From the human T2T-CHM13v2.0 reference genome, Homo sapiens, in the NCBI RefSeq assembly GCF_009914755.1, contig NC_060929.1: a DNA stretch of 64,000 bases; one strand, written 5' to 3'. Position numbers and translations under genes: made by a program. The stretch's first letter is position 1. Each line of letters begins with the position of its first letter. Shown piece by piece: positions 58,630 through 64,000 of the stretch. Under the pieces are notes generated by a model. That model saw nothing but the letters and a program-made list of their open reading frames with translations. It ran no database searches and was not told where the DNA came from.

Positions 58630-59030
58630 TTGTGCTTGGCTTTTGCTGTCTGGATCTTTTACCACTCCATGCTCCAGCCTTCCTTGCATGCTCTGTATCC
58701 TGAGGCTGGCCCCTAGCACCTACATCTCCCAGGCTACTTGTCTTTCTGATTTTTCATTTGGTAAGGCTAGTGGGATCCAATAGCAAAAGGAAATATTACA
58801 GGATAAAGGAGAGAAAGCTAGTGCCTTTCTCTTCTGCCTTTCTCCATGTCGGAGCTGTTTTTCTGATCCCTCCTCAACGATTCCACCTAATTCTAGTTTC
58901 CTCAAAATCCATCAGCCATAAAGGTACTAATAACTTCTCATGATTGCTAATATCTGAATAGTTCAGCTTTCCTTGTTTGCTTACTCTATGATCAAAACAT
59001 TATTAGTAGAACCCTCATTAATGTCTCTTG
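58630..59030 (-). mobile_element. ERVL LTR (LTR33-like)
   Basis: tgctctgtatcctgaggctggccc...ggatccaatag motifs. Confidence 0.55.
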
Positions 59031-59414
59031 ACTTTTTGTCCCCTTACCATAAAACTCTTAAAATTTTTCTTTAGTTTTTGCCTCCAAAACATGTTCTCTT
59101 AAACCTATCCAATTAGGTTTTTGCCATTCTCTTTAAATACATCAATTCTTCAATCCCCAAATAATACTTCAACAGTTCATTCGAAGTCTATTTTAGCAGA
59201 ATAAAATGCAGTTGATGATTCTCTGTTTTGATTCAACATTTTTTTTAACCTGGCTTCCTAATTTATTGCCATTTGCTGTCTTCTCCTGATAACTTAAAGA
59301 TGGATTGCTTGAGGCTCTGTACCTGATTTACTTTTTGTCTCTTCCTGTATTCACTGTCTTGAAGATAGCATCTCAACACATGGATTTATGTATCATCTAT
59401 ATGCTGATGACTCT

Positions 59415-60000
59415 GGGATACCACAAATCACTTCAAAACATTGCAGTAGAAAATAATTTATTATTATTTTGTAGGGTTCAGACTGGCTGAATAAACTCAG
59501 CTAAACAGTTGTCACTTGGAGCCTATCATACAGTTGCAGTTAGCTGTCAGCGGAACTGGCTACTGCCATCTGAAGACTTAATTAGACTGGTCATCCAAAA
59601 TGTCTTTTACACTTATCTATTTGGAATCTGGACTGGTATGACTAGTTTTATTACAACCAGAGGCTTTGCAGACATGTTCTTCTCTCCAAGTGTCCTTTCC
59701 ATGTGGCTACCTTGGGTTTCTTCACAACATAACAAACTAAAGTTAGCCAAACTCACATGTGCAAACTGAAAGTATGTATGCTTCTTACATAACAACTGGC
59801 TTCCTCCAAGGTAAGTGGAACAACCAATCAAGCCTTCTTGTCATTTAAGCTTTAAAGTCATGCAACATCAGTTTGGTCACATTTTATTTATTACACGTAA
59901 GTCACAAAACCAGCATAGCTTCAACAGGAAAAGATTACCCAAGCCCATATAGGAAGTTGTGGTTCATTTGACGAGGGTATGTTGGAGGATTAGCTACCAA
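59415..60000 (-). mobile_element. MLT1 solo LTR inside L2
   Basis: taccacaaatcacttcaaaacattgcag; ggtcacattttatt...aagtcacaaaaccagc. Confidence 0.65.
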
Positions 60001-60820
60001 AAATTAAAATCTGATCCCCCTTCCTTACTCACAAACTCTTCACTCCCATATGCAGCTATGTACTTACAATGGTCATCTTCTAAGTATTTTAAGCTCAGGA
60101 TATTCAAATTTGAGTTCCTGATATTTTGCCCAAATCAGTATCTGCCCACACATTTTCCATTTCAGTTGAGAGCAGTCCTTCAATCTTGCTGTCATTTGAC
60201 TTGAAAATCTTAGAGACATGCGTAACTGCTCCTCCTTCTCTCATGACATCTCATCCAACATTTGAAGAGATGATGTTCTCTCTACCTTCAGAATATATTA
60301 ATAATCAAACTACTTCTCATTTATTTTTCTCCATCCTTGCGTGAACTTTGAGCATCTATCATCTCTGGCATAGGTGACTGCAGAAGACTTCTAAATAATT
60401 CCACTGCTCTGATCTCGCTCCTTCTTGTCTATGCTCAGTAAGGTAGCTAGAGGAGTCCTGGGTACCGACAGGTCAGATTATGTCCCTTCCCTGCACAAAG
60501 CTTAAACCTAAAATCCAAGTAAACTGCAAGGCTCTAGACCTTTCTTTCCCTTTCTGACCTCACCTCTTGTATTCTTTGCTTCTGTTCTCTAACGCTTCAC
60601 TGACCTCCTTTCTGTTTCCATGAACACCATATCATTACACGAGCTTTCCCCTCTATCTGGAAAGTTTCCCACCCCATATCTGAATGTGTATCTCTGTCAA
60701 TTTCTTCCAGTTTGTATTTAGGCTTTCTCAAGATACACTAGACAAGCCTCTCTATAATTACTAAAACTCAGAATTCTTATACACTTTCCCCCATTCTACA
60801 GTTTCTGTAGTATGTATTAC

Positions 60821-61414
60821 CTGCCAGTTCCTCAAATGAGGAAGGTCGTTTTGTTAAACATCCTTTTATTATAAGATTGATGACAAAAAAAATTGATTCC
60901 CAGCCAGAGCCACTGTGAGGAGTTTGTTGTTCTCTTCACATTTGCACGGGTGTTCTCTGGGTACTCCAGTTTCCTCCCACCTATGTCGTCCATCTTAGGT
61001 TGATTGGCTGTCTGGGTGATCCCCATTGTGAGTGTGGATGTGGAGACTGCTTGCCGCAATGGGACGGTGTCCTGTCCAATGCTGGTTCCCGCCTTGCAAC
61101 CTGAGCTGCTGAGACAGACTCCAGCCACCCACGACTCTGAACTAGAATAAGTGGGTAAATAATTATTCTATTTGTTTTATTAATCTTTCTTAAGTGTATG
61201 TATAGCTCACATTTATTTCAATGTTTAATTTTAGAAGCTTTTTGGTGTTTATTTACAATGCTTTGTGAAGTATTTGTGACCAAAAATATGCCATAGGAAA
61301 TCAAATCTTATTTACATAAATTAGACTAGGGTACAATTGCTTTCATCATACATTGTTTCTGTTAAAGTTGTGGTCTCCAAGAACCTATTCATGATATTTA
61401 CTGAAGACTTACTG
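60821..61414 (+). mobile_element. MER6A (Tigger-like MITE with V-SINE domain)
   Basis: aaaaattgattcccagccagagccactg; ggtactccagtttcctcccac; end gaagacttactg followed by TA. Confidence 0.85.
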
Positions 61415-61959
61415 TACTATATAATTTTCTTTGTATATTTGCATGAGACATCTACTGGGTGTAGGTACAAGCTTTTGGACTGTTGTCTTCACTGCTGTAT
61501 TTAAATTATATTGAAGAGTGCCTAGCACACAGTAGACAATAATACTTATTGCAATGTATGAATGTTTTCTCAAACATCCAAGGAGAGTATCTGACACGCA
61601 GTGAAAGGTGATGTATGTGTAAGTGCATGTGCATGTATATGAGATTGCGTGCAGGTGAATTATGTCTGTGTGTGTTTCTGTGTGTGTTGGGTTGTGTGTG
61701 TGCACATGTGTTAGGAGGAGTAGATTAGAGAACAGAGGAGAGTAGATATCAGCAGTGGCACATTGTACATAGGAAAGTTTATTCCTCACAAAAAAGGAAT
61801 TGAATTAAAATGCAGAGAGATAGAAGGAAATTGTCTAGAAGTGAAGATCATAGGTTTTGATGTTTTAGGCAGTCCATTTCTTCTTTCTGTGATGTAACTA
61901 GATTGTAGGGGATAACATAAGATTGGTAGAAAGGGTGGCTATACATAGCAGATGTTAAA

Positions 61960-62673
<714 letters not shown>

Positions 62674-63149
62674 GAGTGATGTCTAACTATCCAGCAATAT
62701 CCATTGCCTGTTTTTCCCAAATATATAGTTTCCCAATTTTTAGCTAGCCTGTTCATTTACACACTTTATTTCCTTGTTTTTATAGTATTTAACTATAGAT
62801 TCAAGACCAAGTGTCAGAAAACAGGATGTGAGAGGATGTGATGAGAAATTTCCCGATTATTTCCCTAAACACAAAGTTGTTGAACCTAGCATTCCTTTTC
62901 TTCACATTTTACAGTCTAGAATAGGAACATATCTCTGAAACTTGCTTAAATGCTGCAGATACAGAAAATCCTTTGAAAAACATTCAGGAAAAGTGATGAA
63001 AGGAAGCAAGTTCCCTTTGAAAGGGACTGAAACAGAGCCAAATGAACTATATTCCTGTCTTACTTTAACCAGCATTTCCTTGTTTGCCAATTGGTCTTTG
63101 TTGTTTGTTTCTGAATCTATTTAATGTAGTATTATAGAATATAAAAAAT

Positions 63150-63900
63150 ATTAAAAGTAGTTCTTATAAGCCTTGGGCTAGAATTGGCAAAATTATAAAA
63201 ATGATTATGAGAGTGGTAACAATATTAGACTCCTCTCTTACAAGGTCTTTCTGGATGCGAGTGGAGACCAATTAAGTAGGATACCCTCTAAGGAAGTTAG
63301 TTTGCTAATGCAGGCAACACAGCTTTAAAGCTTATGTAAATAAGTGGTGCAGCTATAATTCACTTAAAAAAGGAATGGTGGAAGATAAGCTAGTTTGTAA
63401 GGGAAAAACATTAAGATTGTAAGGTCTGTGGGAAATCTGAGTAATCCAAAAATGCCATGGAAATACAAATGTAGTGTCTACAGTGTCTATATTGAACATT
63501 TGCATATTATGAAATGTTAATTATAATTGAAATCCTGAAAGCAAATAAGACCACACAGCACAATGATAACATGAAAAGTGAATAGACAGCAAATTCAGAA
63601 AAGAAAGAATATCAGTATTTGTGGTTCACATAAATGAAAAAGAGATGACAAAAAAATTCTGAGTAAGAGCATCCACTAAGTAAAAGGAAAATCAGAATAA
63701 AGTAAAATAAAATAAATGCTTCAGGAAGGATAATGTAGCCTATAATTTCAAATGCTGCTTAATAGTCAATGTACCATCTAAGGGTTTTCTGAAGTCAGCA
63801 CAATAGAGATTATTGATGACTTAAGAGGGTGATGTCAATGGGGAAGTAAGGTTGAATGTCAAATTATTGTGGGTTGAGAAACAAAAGGAAGAAAAATTAT
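63150..63900 (+). mobile_element. Degraded L2 fragments
   Basis: tttcaaatgctgctt; ttattgatgacttaagagggtgatgtcaatggg... Confidence 0.45.
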
Positions 63901-64000
63901 TTAAGATTCCTGACCAAATAAAAATATACTACTCAGCTTCGTGCTGACATGCAAATCTAGACAATAAATGACAAAGAAGGGGCACAAAGAGAAAATTGAG

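Larger units (their letters stand above)
59090..61565. mobile_element. L2 3' region split by MLT1 and MER6A
   Basis: catctatatgctgatgactc...; ctaccttcagaatata; gtgcctagcacacagtagac...aatgtatgaatg terminus. Confidence 0.8.

Overview
AT-rich, repeat-dominated primate genomic DNA. AluJ/S/Y, L1PA, THE1 and MLT2A elements point to a catarrhine, probably human or great ape. It looks intergenic or deep-intronic. I find no supportable protein-coding exon, RNA gene or CRISPR array. The ORFs I can assign come from Alu, L1, LTR or Tigger sequence, and the rest resemble nothing I recognise. Main contents: about a dozen Alus, a near full-length L1PA15/16 with a ~113-bp monomer array in its 5'UTR, a twin-primed L1PA8-like insertion, a full-length Tigger1 holding two solo LTRs, a two-LTR MLT1 element, MER6A, several ERV1/ERVL solo LTRs and old L1M/L2/MIR fragments. 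I cannot support a new biological system. The best leads are genome-evolution events: a ~3-kb GC-richer island next to an L1 poly(A) (possible 3' transduction), a strand-specifically C-depleted solo LTR (possible APOBEC3 editing), a displaced copy of an L1 tail plus its flank, a micro-inversion inside MLT2A, and an ultra-truncated L1 insertion that seeded an (AAAT)n repeat. Repeat family names come from recalled consensus sequences and need RepeatMasker/Dfam confirmation.
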